Of a DNA stretch of 64,000 nucleotides, positions 33,845-47,111 are shown in pieces; within the stretch, counting starts at the first letter, position 1; each line of letters opens with the position of its first letter. The position numbers and the translations under genes are program-made. The notes under the pieces were generated by a model, which was not told the DNA's origin, did no database searches, and saw only the letters and a list, made by a program, of their open reading frames with translations. The stretch comes from Eledone cirrhosa (Eukaryota), in NCBI GenBank assembly GCA_964016885.1, contig OZ024753.1:34348001-34412000 (forward strand), in the 5' to 3' direction.

Positions 33845-34098
33845 AGGTAATTCCGAAGGAAAAGCAAAGGAAAAAAGAGTGCTCTATGTATAGAACAGAG
33901 CTATCTAATTAGAAAGTGAACAACACAAAATATAACATCTCCATTACCAAAAGGTCTCAGGATCCCAGACAATAATAATATACATCTGGATGTTATAACA
34001 TCTCTGAAGACCGATCCAGACGTATATTAATATTGTCTGGGATCCAGAAACCTTTGGTAATGGAGTAGGTATATCTTGTGTTGTTCATTTTCTAATTA
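33845..34098. mobile_element. PLE-type fold-back mini-element (IR 33906-34098) with a hammerhead core at 34004-34059 (+)
   Basis: CTGAAGA...gatc cagac/gtctg ggatc...GAAACCtttGGTA, with stem I disrupted at the junction. Tail hairpin at 33879-33901. Confidence 0.65.
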
Positions 34099-34417
34099 TA
34101 TATATATATATATATAAAGAGTATTCACTAGAAAGCTAATTATATTTTAGTATTTATATGTCCCTACAGTACTGAAAGGATTAAGCATAATTTTAATGAA
34201 TCTAGCATTTATATATAAACAAACCCCCAGGAATTGTCTGAATTCAAACAAAAATTCATTGTCACTTATTGACCAACATGAATTTTTGTTTGAATTCAGA
34301 CAATTCCTGGAGGTTTGTTTATATATAAATGCCAGATTCACTAAAATTATGCTTAATCCTTTCAGTAGTGTAGGGACATATAAATACTAAAATATAATTA
34401 GCTTTCTAGTGAATACT

Positions 34418-34452
<35 letters not shown>

Positions 34453-34469
34453 GAAAATGAACAACACAA
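34076..34469. repeat. Fold-back inverted duplication centred at about 34269
   Basis: The arms include a TA run and the end of the neighbouring element. The loop sequence is repeated at 34473-34500. Confidence 0.85.
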
Positions 34470-34581
34470 TCCATTGTCACTTATTGACCAACATGAATTT
34501 AATCTATAAGTGAAAATGCACGATGTATGCCACATTTAATGACTCTTTTTGTCATAATTGAAGCCGCCATTAATGCTTTCA

Positions 34582-34794
34582 TAATAATAATAATAATAAT
34601 AATAATAATTGTTTCTACTTTAGGCACAAGGCCAGCAATTACCCAGTGCATTACTGGTACTTTATTTTATCGACCCCATAAGGATGAAAGGCAAAGTTAA
34701 CCTCGGCGGGATTTGAACTCAGAATGGCAAGGGCCGTAACTCTATGCGTCAAAGCATGGCGTCCGACCCTCTACCGATACTGCCAATCCACTGG

Positions 34795-34829
<35 letters not shown>

Positions 34830-34929
34830 TGTTTCTACTTTAGGCACAAGGCCAGCAATTACCCAGTGCATTACTGGTACTTTATTTTATCGAACCCGTA
34901 AGGATGAAAGGCAAAGTCAACCTCGGCGG

Positions 34930-34932
<3 letters not shown>
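34582..34932 (-). mobile_element. Two SINE copies in (AAT)n tracts
   Basis: Consensus match. Confidence 0.85.
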
Positions 34933-34976
<44 letters not shown>

Positions 34977-35230
34977 AAAAATAAAAACAACCGCAATGGC
35001 ATTCTATTCCACCTTGCTTTATAATATAGGGTTTATATACATAATCAATATGGTGGAGAGTGTGGTAATTTCAGACGAGATTTCTGATTCTATTTCAATT
35101 TTCCGGTTCCGTTATGTTTGCTATATTATATTTATGTCATTAATTTACATAACGTCCTCGGGGCGAAAAACATAAATGTCAACCAATCACATCAGTATTA
35201 AGTACTCATTTCAGTTTTACTAGACATTTT

Positions 35231-35660
35231 ATATATAATATATATATATATTATTAAGGCTAAATATATATATATATATTATTAAGGCTATATATATATA
35301 TTATATATTACTAAGGCTAACTATATATATATATATATTATTAAGGCTAAATATATATAATTATTAAGGCTAAATATATATATATATATTAAGACTAAAT
35401 ATATATATATATATTATTAAGGCTATATATATATATATATTATATATTATTAAGGCTAACTATATATATGTATATATTATATATTATTAAGGCTAACTAT
35501 ATATATATATATATTATATATTATTAAGGCTAACTATATATATATATATATTATATATTATTAAGGCTAACTATATATATATATATATTATATATTATTA
35601 AGGCTAAATATATATATATATATATATATATATTAATATATATATATATAGTATTAAGGC

Positions 35661-35662
<2 letters not shown>
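35231..35662. repeat. ttattaaggcta-(TA)n compound repeat
   Basis: Directly visible. Confidence 0.85.
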
Positions 35663-35690
<28 letters not shown>

Positions 35691-35691
<1 letters not shown>

Positions 35692-36027
35692 CGGATGGTA
35701 GCTGAGATGCTTCCATAGGCGGTATGCCGGTTGAGCACTCTATGCTCTTACAGAGCAGAGTATGATATAATATAAAACGAAAAATCAGTGATGCATCTGA
35801 ACTCAATTTATTGTGTGTTACAATTGTTTCGCTGGCGGACAGCTCGAGACGCGATCATTGTAAGGCTCTGTCTCATTCTGGACCCGCAGAGAATATGCTC
35901 CGAAATCATAAGACGTTTCCGTCGAACAGATCCTTACAATGGTCGCGTCTCGAGCAGTCCGCCGGCGAAACAATTGTAACAGACAATAAACCGAGTTCAG
36001 ATGCATCACTGATTTTTCGTTTTATAT

Positions 36028-36032
<5 letters not shown>
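35691..36032. mobile_element. PLE-type fold-back mini-element (IR 35765-36032, tail on the left)
   Basis: Arms carry GAAACAATTGTA, the 3' half of a hammerhead. Tail hairpin at 35735-35761; a related tail occurs at 3015-3080. Confidence 0.7.
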
Positions 36033-36065
<33 letters not shown>

Positions 36066-36071
<6 letters not shown>

Positions 36072-36682
36072 ATATTTTGGGAGGGCCATGTTGCCAATAA
36101 GAAACACACGCACCAGTTGCTTTCACTTCAATTTATTATAATAAATTTATAATACATTTATAAATTTATAAATTTCTGGTTGGTTGGTTGGTTGTTTATA
36201 TATAGTCATAGTTCTTTCGTCACACACTCCGTGACCTCTTCAGTGACTGGGGATTCCTTTCTTTGTTTCTGTGCCTCTCCTTTGTTCTGTCCTACGCCAT
36301 TTTGTTTCTCACAAAATGGCGTAGGACAGATATGCACCTGTCCAAGTCCCAGATTGATTTCATTCTGGTGAGAAACAAAATGGCGTAGGACAGAACAAAG
36401 GAGAAGCACCAGAGACAAAGAAAGGAATCCCCAGTCACTGAAGAGGTCACAGAGTGTGTGACGAAAGAACTATGACTATATATAAACAACTATCTGGTTG
36501 TGGAACCAACCAACCAACCAGAAATTTATAAATTTATAATAAATTTATTATAATAAATTGAAGTGAAAGCAACTGGTGCGTGTGTTTCTTATTGGCAACA
36601 TGACCCTCCCAAAGTATAACAATATCGGTTTCAACACACGATTTCAGATAAAGAATCTTGCTAAACAAATTCAGAAACGAAA
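36066..36682. mobile_element. Fold-back derivative of the 3' pLTR of the PLE at 56659-59182
   Basis: Near identity to 58870-59182. Inverted arms; the left arm lacks the terminal ~57 nt. Hammerheads at 36204-36248 (-) and 36433-36477 (+). Confidence 0.9.
36433..36477 (+). ncRNA. Type-I hammerhead (CUA); mirror copy at 36204-36248 (-)
   Basis: agtca-CTGAAGA-g-gtcaca gagtg tgtgac-GAAAGaaCTA^tgact. Confidence 0.75.
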
Positions 36683-36846
36683 TATATATATGTTAACGAG
36701 ATATCGTTTAAGGTAATCCAATCGAGTGACGTTGAATCTTGCGATTTTTAGACACACCGGACTAATGAAACAATTGTTAATACTTTGAATAAACCCTATT
36801 GTACAGCCGACCACGTTATTCTTCGCTCATTTACTATATATATAGG

Positions 36847-37019
36847 AATGACTTCTACATGACTAGAACTGTTTCATTCGTATGAAGTCATCAGGTCTAG
36901 TCTTGAAGAAGTCATTTATATATATATATATATATATAATAATAAAGAGGTTTATACTCTACCGATGTATTGAGTACCATTTTAACCGTGGTTATTCCGT
37001 GATACAATCCCGGAATCTA
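36847..37019. mobile_element. Family-C fold-back mini-element with a hammerhead core at 36861-36894 (-)
   Basis: Minus strand: CTGATGA-c-ttc atac gaa-t-GAAACaGTT-ctagtc. IR arms 36847-36867 / 36896-36916. Tail hairpin at 36956-36977; homologous to 47756-47955. Confidence 0.7.
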
Positions 37020-37086
37020 CACACATGCCGTCGGAATGGCTTAAGCTTGACCGTCGGGCGTCGTATTCTATAATAGTAGTACACAC

Positions 37087-37350
<264 letters not shown>

Positions 37351-39289
37351 TGGCAGATGAGTGAGAAAATACAATTTCATTCGTATTAGTCGAGTATATT
37401 TCACAAGATGGCGTAAGATATAAATAATTCGAGACTTGGACAGAATTCTGTAGCAATGGGAAATACACTGGAAGAAAACTCTAAAATATGATCATATTAA
37501 ATAAAATATGGATATGTAGCTCGCAATATACTCCAGTGACAATATATTTCCTCATATTACATTAGAAATATACTTTTCGAGGTCAGTTGTTTGGACGTGT
37601 CCCTTATGGCCGAATAACAAATCCATCCGTTATATGGTGTTAAATTTAAAAACCAGCCGAACTGGAAATACATGCCAAAATGAACAATTCTATATCCAGC
37701 AGGCAAAGAATGGTTTATCGAGATATGTGAATAGTACCGTAGAGTGTTCAATACATCCTTATGTGTTTCTCTATTGTAAATAAGACACACAAACTAAACA
37801 AAACATATGAGAATTTGTCTTACTCGTTTGTCAACGAAAATTTACAAATAATTATAAATATTTCGTGACTTACAGCATAAGTGCTTATTCGAGGAAAAAA
37901 CAAACATTTGAAAGGAAAAATCTGACTCAATATGTTAAATATGATATGAATTTACTGCCCCATGAATTTCTCTGAGTATATATATATATATATATATATA
38001 CTCGGAGAAATTAATATCATATTTGACATATTAACTATATATAGTTAAAATGTAAAAGGGAAAAAGACAGAAGTTTTATGTGCACCCTATCAAGTAATAT
38101 TAACCCCAAAACACTTAAACGAATCTCATTTCGGTCGCTCATATTCGCGATAGTATTCCTTTGGTCACCACATCGTATCATATATGGAAGAACACATCTC
38201 ATAGTGTAATACTATATAATTGACCTACGGTTAAATAACAGCCATCGCCGTAAATATTGTTCTCCTTTGGGATGTTTCTTTCTTTGAACTTAATAATAAT
38301 CTAGTCTTCTATTGAAGAAGAATGGATCATTATCAAAACAGAATTTAATTTGAAATATATTGAATCTTAATTTATATTACATTTTATTGATATGCAAATT
38401 ATATGAAATTCAATATATTGATATTTGATTTGATTAGCATAATTAGGTATTTAAAGCCAAAATATATTAATTACCATTTTAATAATTCTGCCAGAAAATT
38501 AGTGGAACATAATGTTAAAATAATGATTTCGTTTAAACAATTGTTCAAATTTAGGCACAAGGCCAGCAATTTATGATCACGGGAAGTCGATAAAGACGCT
38601 TATATTATAAATCGCAAGAAGTTGATCGATACTTTATTTCACCGAGTTTGGAAGGATGAAAGGCAAAGTTAAAATCGATGGTGTTTGAACATAGAATGTA
38701 AATATTAGAAAGAAATACTGCAAAGCATTTGTTAGAAGCTTTGAAAAATCGGTCAGAACCCGGCCCTCATACAATTGTAACAAAGCCGTGTGGAGGGTAA
38801 AACCGAAAGAGTACTGATCAAAATGTATTTTCGCATTCAGTTACATCTGTTAATATTCTGAGTAAAAATTCTGTCTATTCGACTTTGTATTTCATGTAAT
38901 GACATCGATAAAACATATATAAAACCTACTGAGAGATGATTCAAACTACTATATTCCAATCATGTAGATTTAACACTTAATATTAATCGTAATCAGGGAG
39001 ATGGGTATCACAAATATGAAATAAGCTTTTGGTGAACGGAGACAGCGATCAGAAAGCCATTTTCAAATTGTAGCATTTCCACATCTAATATTCCCCAGAA
39101 AATCCTATATTCTCACATCCATATAGATATTTCCAAATCTTATAATATATATTTGATGGTAGTGTTCCAATTTGGATATAGTCCAATAGCTAAAACAAAT
39201 AGTTCTACTTCTAGCATGCTTCAGAGGGAGGCTGGGATATCTGGCTTGAGTCTATACAGGCCTTGATTACCAAGACTTGTGAGAGCTTT

Positions 39290-40305
39290 GGGCAAATGCT
39301 TAGCAATATTTGTGCCTTGTCTTGACTTTCTGAGTTCATATCCTGCTGAGGGCAACTTTGCATTTCATTCTTCCGAAGTCGATAAAATAAAGTACCAGTA
39401 AAGCATAGTGCTTGATATAATAGACTCTCCCTTCACCACTCCCCAAACTGTCGGCCTTGTGCCAAAATTAGAAATAATTATTTCGGAGGGAGAGTTGATG
39501 TAAGACGCAGTATGGGGTAGAGTTACATAGAGACGATGGGAGGATAGGTGGTGTTTCGGTTACATATATAGATGCATACGCTTCATTAAAATAAGAATTG
39601 CAAACAATATTTCAATCTTCCTTTACGACAGATTGCGTGCTACAAAATGCTATTTCTCCGCCTCTCTCCCTCTCTTTCCTTCTCCCTCTCTTTCAGTCTA
39701 TCTCTTTTCCTTTTTAAATATAAAGCTATTAACTTCAACTTCATTACTTTAATCAGTGCCGTGAAAGTCATCATGCTTTGCTGCAAAGAGTTACGGCCCC
39801 TTATGTTCTGAGTTTAAATCCCGCCAAGGTTAACTTTGCCTGTCATCCTTACGGGGTCGATAAAATAAAGTACCAGTAATACACTGGGATAATTTCTGGC
39901 CTTGTGCCTATAGTAGAAATCATTATTATTATTATTATAATTGGCGTCTCTTCTGTCTTTTTCATACGGAGGTGATTCTTGATTTAATTACTCTGCTATG
40001 TAGTGAAAATTATCCGTTTGGAAATGTATTACTTTATGCTCTAATGCACTTGCGAGTTATTTCATTATCAGAGAGTTACAACCAAACATTGATGAAGAAA
40101 GAAAATAGATTATTGATAATTGTTTCTACTATTGGCACAAGGCCACCAATTAACCAGTACATTACTGGTACTTTATTTTATCGACCCCGTAAGGATGAAA
40201 GGCAAAGTTAACTTCGGCGGGATTTGAACTCAGAATGGCAAGGGCCCTAACTATGCGTCAAAGCATGGCGTGCGACCCTCTACCGATACTGCCAATTCAC
40301 CGCCC
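39290..40305. mobile_element. Three SINE copies (about 39290-39480 +, 39773-39938 +, 40117-40305 -)
   Basis: Consensus match. Confidence 0.75.
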
Positions 40306-40652
40306 TAGATTATTGATAATGATAATATAAATGTAAATAGTAGTAGTAGTAGTAGTAAGAGTTTCCGATAATAATTAGGGACAATACAAGGACAAAAACA
40401 ACACAGTATGGTGTTTACATCAAGTAAAGAAAAGGAACTTTACTGAAGAGAAAACAGAAGGAATAACAATAATAGAAATTGTAATAACTATTCATAACAA
40501 TAGAAAACAATAATAAGTAAGTAATTTTGTTTTGAAACAGCGAGAGAGCTTGAAATAGAAACAGAAACTTTAATCGTATTTTTTTTACTAAAGTAATTTT
40601 AGCCTGATGTTGGGGTTTAGAACACTCTAAGAAGTGGAAAAAAGATGAGAAT

Positions 40653-40723
40653 TGACGTACATGGGAGTCGAACCCATATCTTTAGTTATCCAGACCACTG
40701 TGCAACCATTACACCGACACATC
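40653..40723 (-). tRNA. tRNA-like gene or pseudogene (anticodon loop CTGGATA, nominal GGA)
   Basis: GATGTGT CG GTGT AATGGTT GCAC A GTGGT CTGGATA ACTAA AGAT ATGGG TTCGACT CCCAT GTACGTC A folds as a cloverleaf. A T6 terminator lies about 9 nt downstream. T37 and the short variable loop are atypical for Ser. Confidence 0.5.
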
Positions 40724-40769
40724 ACTCATCCCCCTTCCATTTGAATTAGAAGCTACATTCTTAGCAAGT

Positions 40770-40930
40770 ATAATTGTTTCTACTTTTGGCACAAGGCCAG
40801 TAATTATCCCAGTGCATTACTGGTACTTTATTTTATCGACCCCGTAAGGATGAAAGGCAAAGTTATAAGGGAGGTAACTCTATGCTTCAAAGCATGGCGT
40901 CCGACCCTCTACCCATACTGCCAATCCACC
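40770..40930 (-). mobile_element. SINE with an internal deletion
   Basis: Consensus match. Confidence 0.8.
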
Positions 40931-41397
40931 AAGAATAATGACAAGTAAGGTTGTTTTGAAACAGTGAGCGAGTTTGAAATAGAAACAGAAGTTTTAGTCG
41001 TATTTTTTTTACTAAAGAAATCTTAACCTAATGTTGGGGTTTAAAATCCTCTAAGAAATGGAAAAAGATTACGTCAATATTCATCTTTGATGCACACATT
41101 ATATATATATATATATATATATGAGAGTATTGAAGTTTGCTTGAAGCATTGTGGAACAATAAGTAAATATCTTTAAGTCGTTTGGAAGCCTCGACAATGC
41201 AAATGGGTAAATCTCCGGGTAACAAGGTCCGGTGGTGGAGAGAGAGAGAGATGTAGGTGGGTGTACGTTGAGATGCGTGGTGTGTATAAGATGTGTAGAA
41301 TGAAGGGAAGAGTATAAAGGATAAAATAAAAATAACAACACAAGAGAGAGTTACCCTGGGAGAGATTTAATAGTCCCTATATATTTCGGATTCACAT

Positions 41398-41446
<49 letters not shown>

Positions 41447-41679
41447 ATGTATTATACCCAGACACACAAATATACATATAGTCGCAAGTCTACATGTGAA
41501 CACATATCTCGGTAGCTTCCGATTCTAGAGTCAGGATCGATCATCAATCAACGTTCCTTGAGCTGATGGACAATGAAACATATGTAATATGTAATTAAAT
41601 ATGTATATGATGCAACACTGATTCTGTGTTTCCATATATATATATATATATATATAGAAAGAGAGAGAGAGAGAGAGAG

Positions 41680-41898
41680 ATAATTACAACAGTGACATAA
41701 ATAGGTACTCAAGTTTCGTTGGGATCTGGCTGGGCCCCAATTTCTTCAGCCTATCATGAGAAATGGAAAAGATTTTCCATTTTTCTCATGGGCCCAGAAC
41801 CCAACGAAACTTGAGTACCTGTTTATGTCACTGTTGTAATTATTTATACTAAACTCATCCTATGGACTGCGTGCTCTTACTCTTGGATATTTCCAATG
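41680..41898. mobile_element. PLE-type fold-back mini-element (IR 41680-41843 plus tail)
   Basis: Inverted arms, a hammerhead on the left arm, and a degenerate tail hairpin at 41853-41874 similar to 33489-33510. Confidence 0.75.
41701..41754 (-). ncRNA. Type-I hammerhead (GUA)
   Basis: Minus strand: atagg-CTGAAGA-aa-ttggg...cccaa-c-GAAACttgaGTA^cctat. Confidence 0.7.
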
Positions 41899-41955
41899 TG
41901 TATGTATATAAATAAATAAATAAATAAATAAATATAATATATATATATATATATA

Positions 41956-42164
41956 TAGGAACGTGTAGGACCCCGACGGCTGAGCTCAAGCCGTTTCGAC
42001 GGCTAATTGTGGACTTTTTTTTTTTTTAGTCCAGAATTACCCGTCGAAACGGCTTGAGCTCAGCCGTCGGGGTCCTACTCGTTCCTATTACCCACTCTAC
42101 TACCCTAAGTATTGAGTACTTTGGTGCGTTATGGTCCACCTGGTTCCTTACCACATTTCCTTCG

Positions 42165-42167
<3 letters not shown>
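41956..42167 (+). mobile_element. Family-B fold-back mini-element
   Basis: Short inverted arm starting taggaa, full arm, and ~80-nt tail ending ttcgtta, between TA tracts. Confidence 0.85.
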
Positions 42168-42219
<52 letters not shown>

Positions 42220-42877
42220 TTTATATAAGAGAGACTGGAAATAAAGAGAGAAAGAAGGCATGGAATAGTGGGAAATGGAAATAAGAGAAGAGAAGTTAAA
42301 TAATAACCTGTTCACTAAAGCAGCTGATATGTTTGAAATATTAGTTAGTATCTCCATTTCTATAATACGCAGTTTCAGTGAAATTATGTGCTCTCCTTTT
42401 CTCTCCTTTTATTCAGGTATTTATCTGATATATAGCTGTTTTGTGCGATGTTTAGTACATAATTGAATTAGCTATCAGCAAAAATACTAATAATATGTAA
42501 ATTGGAATTTCTAATTCGCTAAAATTATGCTATTTGTTGGGTTTATAAAGACGTTATTTGCGTGTTTTCAGCCTGGTAAGAATAATATATCGCCCAAGAG
42601 GGTGATATAGTTACAAGAGGGCGAGACATAGTTACATTTGTCAGTGGATTTATCCACATATTACTGAGCTTCGGTTAAAATTTGTGCTGTTGTGATGTGT
42701 TTATGCATATATGCGTTTATAGTGTACCATAAGGCAAATTGATATATTTTAGCAGCTACTGTATGTGTAATATAATTAAATTGAATTAATTAGATAGATT
42801 TGATATTCAGGAAGAGCGCCATTATATTTATACAGAAATAAAAAAACAGTATCAATCGCTGTTAGGTTTAAACATGT

Positions 42878-43244
42878 AATAATTGTTTCTACTTTTGGCA
42901 CAAGGCCAGCAATTACCCCAGTGTATTACTGTTACTTTATTTTATCGACCTCCCTCATAAGGATGAAAGGCAAAGCTAACCTCGGCGGGATTTGAACTCA
43001 GAACGTAAAGGGCCATAACTCTATGCTGCAAATCTACTACCAATCTACTACATGTAATAATGGTTTCTTATATAGGCACAGACTAGCAATTTTAAGGAAG
43101 GGGAAAGTCGATTAAATCGACCCCAGTGCGTGACTGGTGCGTGGCAAAGTTAACCTTGGCGGGATTTGAACTCAGATCATAAAGGGCCGTAACTCTATTC
43201 TGCAAAGCATGGCGTCAGACCCTCTACCAATACTGCCAATCCAC
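42878..43244 (-). mobile_element. Two SINE copies
   Basis: Consensus match. Confidence 0.8.
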
Positions 43245-43368
43245 TGCATGTAATAATGATTTCTTTATTAACCACAAAGGGTTTACATAAAGAAAAACAT
43301 TATGACAGTACAGGACGAAAACAGAGTGTGTGTATGTGTGAAGTCTATACTAGCTTTGTTCTATAATA

Positions 43369-43469
43369 CAGGATGTCCCCCCAAAATGTATACACACTTC
43401 ACCAGCATTCTTATGAATATTGCTTGTACAGGTAATCAAAGTGTGTAAACATTTTTTGGGGACACCCTG
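43369..43469. mobile_element. 101-bp Tc1/mariner-type MITE
   Basis: TA|CAGGATGTCCCCCCAAAATGTATACACACTT ... AAGTGTGTAAACATTTTTTGGGGACACCCTG|TA. Confidence 0.8.
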
Positions 43470-43562
43470 TATATGAAGCTGATGACTTTAGATATGAAAG
43501 GGAATTCTATTAACAATCGTTGCTTCTTTAGTAATTACATGGCACTAACCTCTTGAAATAAA

Positions 43563-43736
43563 ATAATTGTTTCTACTTTTGGCACAAGGCCAGCAATTAT
43601 CCCAGTGTATTACTGGTACTTTATTTTATCGACCCCGTAAGGATGAAAGGCAAAGTTAACCTCGGCAGAATTTGCACTCAGACTATAAAGGGCTGTAACT
43701 CTTTGCTACAAAGAAGTCCGTCCAACCCTCTACCGA
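43563..43736 (-). mobile_element. tRNA-derived SINE
   Basis: Consensus match. Confidence 0.8.
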
Positions 43737-44367
43737 ATGCAATTGTAACCTAAGCAAACATGAAAGAACAGCCGAACTCCCACTGTCATCGCCTCCATCT
43801 CTCTGGCCCTCCCCATCCTTCCGTATGGTGAGCAAATGGGGTCCCCCGTGCTGTCCTCCCCACAACACCGGTGGACAGAATGGAGAAGGCGTATATTATA
43901 GCATCACAAACAAACACTACTTTCACATCAATAGTTTATTTAATCGTTCAGGATGCATCAAATATTTAAGTTATTGAGCATAGTTTGTGTACATGTGGAC
44001 CCGTAACTCCTGTTTGAGGTACTGCAGGGTCGTTGTGACACTCGGCGTATCTTGGGCATTTAAAACCGAGCAGAGCTCATCCCCTCTCCAGGTCTGGACG
44101 CAGCCGATTTCTACCAGAAAAGGAGAGAGCGAGAGTATGAGAGTGTGAAGTGAGAAAGGGATATAGAAGGCTCGATCTCAGTATTGGACTGGGACTTTTC
44201 TTTGTATCAGGCTTCAAGGAATGAAAGGCAAAGTTGATCTCGGGATGATTTAAACTCAAAGAACGCACAGAGTCGGAACGTATACAGCGAAGCATTCTAT
44301 CCGACCTTCTAACAACCCTGCACATGATTTAGTAAAGTGCATAATTATAGTGGCTTTAAATATAGTA

Positions 44368-44572
44368 CGAGGGTCGGCTGAAAGGTTCATAGGGTGACCA
44401 AGATACTCTCAAGGAATGACCAGATGAGGTTTATTTTTTAACATAGCCTCTGGAAAGAAACAATGCAGTTATTAATAAGAAGAGTTGAAATGTATACATT
44501 ATACATGCAAGGTTTAACAGCTCCAGCATCACTCTTTCATAACCAGCCTATGAACATTTCAGCTTAACCTCG
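44368..44572. mobile_element. 205-bp mariner-type MITE
   Basis: TA|CGAGGGTCGGCTGAAAGGTTCATAGG ... CCTATGAACATTTCAGCTTAACCTCG|TA. Confidence 0.8.
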
Positions 44573-45051
44573 TATGTATAAACACTCGTAAGTTACTTAA
44601 AATAATAGAACAGTTATTTACCAGAATGTCAAAACACAAGTAAAGTCTAATTTAAAGTCTACTTAAGCAGAATACATAAAAACCAATACAAATAGGTTCG
44701 CTGAGTAAAATATCAATGGAAATTAACTGAAAACGAATTGCTAATAACTAAATAGATATTTTAGAGAAACAATTGCATGCGTTATGTAAAAACTATAACG
44801 ATATATAAACAAATAGAATAACATATTTAAATCAAAATAAACCATTTTATTGCATACACATCAATATGATTGATAATTTTGACGTTAAAAACGGATAAAA
44901 CTATAATTACTGACAAAGTATTCAGAACAAAGTAAATAGATATGCTTACATATATTAAATTAGTGGAATTAACAGGAATAATACTGTTTCCTTGTTATTT
45001 AGAAGGAAACACGCGCGCGCGCACACACACATATACATATATATATATATA

Positions 45052-45241
45052 TAGGAAGCAGTAAGACCCCGACGGCTGAGCTCAAGCCGTTTCGACGGCT
45101 AATTCTGGACGAATTAGCCGTCGAAACGGCTTGAGCTCAGCCGTCGGGGTCTTACTGGTTCCTATTACCCACTCTACTACCCTAAGTATTGAGTACTTTG
45201 GTGCGTTATGGTCCACCTGGTTCCTTACCACATTTCCTTCG

Positions 45242-45244
<3 letters not shown>
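45052..45244 (+). mobile_element. Family-B fold-back mini-element
   Basis: Same architecture as 41956-42167. Confidence 0.85.
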
Positions 45245-45280
<36 letters not shown>

Positions 45281-45284
<4 letters not shown>

Positions 45285-45480
45285 CAAAGAGTCAAGACCC
45301 CTACGGCTGAGCTTCGGCCATTTCGACAGCTTGATCTAGCGTTCGGTTCTAGCTGTCAAAACGGCCGGAGCTCAGCCGTCTGGGTCCTGACTCTTTTCCT
45401 ATTACCCACTCTACTACCCTAAGTATCGAGTACTCTGGTGCGTTATGGTCCACCTGGTTCCTTACTACACTTCCTTTATT
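45281..45480 (+). mobile_element. Family-B fold-back mini-element (second subfamily, like 33327)
   Basis: gctgtcaaaacggccggagctcagccgtc plus the same tail. Confidence 0.8.
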
Positions 45481-45699
45481 ATATATATATATATATATAT
45501 ATATAAACGTTTGTATATGTATAATAAAACCAAAACAATGCAGGTATGGATATAGAATAAAGAATGCAAATGCAAAAGATATTGTTGACAATTAGTCTTT
45601 TACCTTAGATTTATTTAAATGTCCTTAATTTTCGAGATAATATCTCTTCTTCGGAGGGAAGTAAAGCGGTTAAACCAGTGTTCTAAATAGCTTGCCAGG

Positions 45700-45755
<56 letters not shown>

Positions 45756-45798
45756 CTTCTCTAGGGTCTCAGTTGTCCAACTTGTTCTAATATTTTCA

Positions 45799-45942
45799 TA
45801 GGAGTCCAGAATTAGCCGTCGAAACGGCTTGAGCTCAGCCGTTGGGGTCCTACTCGTTCCTATTACCCACTCTACTACCCTAAGTATTGAGTACTTTGGT
45901 GAGTTGTGGTCCACCTGGCTCCTTACCACATTCCCTTCGTTA
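45799..45942 (+). mobile_element. Family-B element without an inverted arm
   Basis: Same core and tail. Confidence 0.8.
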
Positions 45943-46420
45943 TATATATATATATAAATATATATCCTGATACATTCAATCTTGATTGTAAGGAATATCA
46001 AAATAAGATAATATGCCAGTATCCTATAACAGCAGTGACGGGAAAGAGAAACGTAAATTTGAGTTTCTTAATCGTTTACACACGTATCAGCAATGGCTTC
46101 TATTAACAAGCCAGATCGATAAATAGATTCGCATAATAAATTTAATATTCTCTCAATTGAAATGCGAGTATCAACTGCAATGTTTCATGGTTTTATGATG
46201 CCAACATGTTTAAGTTCTCCATACTCGAATGACTCTCCCTATAGCAGTTCTATAAATACATGTAAAGTAAATATTACGGAGAGAAGGTTTAAAGCCATAA
46301 GAAGTAAATGTCAATAAATGTTTTCTTTACCATATGTTTCAATGATTCCATCGCAAATCCTTTTCCCCTGCTGAATTTGTATACTCCGCAACCACCTCTT
46401 CCCCATCTCTCTCCTATATA

Positions 46421-46600
46421 TGGATTGGCAGTATCGGTAGAGGCTCAGACGCCATGCTTTCCAGCATAGAGTTACGTCCCTTTACGTTATGCGTTCAAAT
46501 CCCGGTTAATTTTGCCTTTCATCCTTACGAGGTCGATAAAATAAAGTACTAGTAATGTACTGGGGTGATTGCTAGCCTTGTGCCAAAAGTAGAAACAATA
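46421..46600 (+). mobile_element. tRNA-derived SINE
   Basis: Consensus match. Confidence 0.85.
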
Positions 46601-46659
46601 TATATATATATATAATTGTCTTATATTATTAGGTTTATTACATAACTATATATATCTAT

Positions 46660-47111
46660 ATATGTAGAAGTTCTATTTAAATTGTTGGGATACAACAAGC
46701 AAATATTTTTATAACTGATATAAAGCACTCAACAAATAATTGGAGTAAAAATACGATATTAACAAATGGAAACTATATTTATAAAACCATATTTATTTCA
46801 TTATACATATTTCAAGGACACCAAGTTAAATTATGGTGTGCTTTCATCAGATAAAATATAATTTAGATCAGTTTTATAAATAAATATTGACATACCCTTA
46901 AAGAATGCAACCAGTACTGTTGGAAGCTCCCGGAAGCTTCCAGCAGTAATTGTTGCATTCTTTAAGGGTATGTCAATATTTATTTATAAAACTGATCTAA
47001 ATTATATTTTATCTGATGAAAGCACACCATAATTTAACTTGGTGTCCTTGAAATATGTATAATGAAATAAATATGGTTTTATAAATATAGTTTCCATTTG
47101 TTATATCGTAT
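46660..47111. mobile_element. Family-D fold-back element (IR 46751-47111, tail on the left)
   Basis: About 175-bp near-perfect arms, a hammerhead on each arm, and the tail hairpin at 46725-46746. Confidence 0.85.
47005..47069 (+). ncRNA. Type-I hammerhead (AUA); mirror copy at 46794-46858 (-)
   Basis: tattttat-CTGATGA-aag c acacc...ggtgt c ctt-GAAATATGTATA^atgaaata. Confidence 0.75.
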
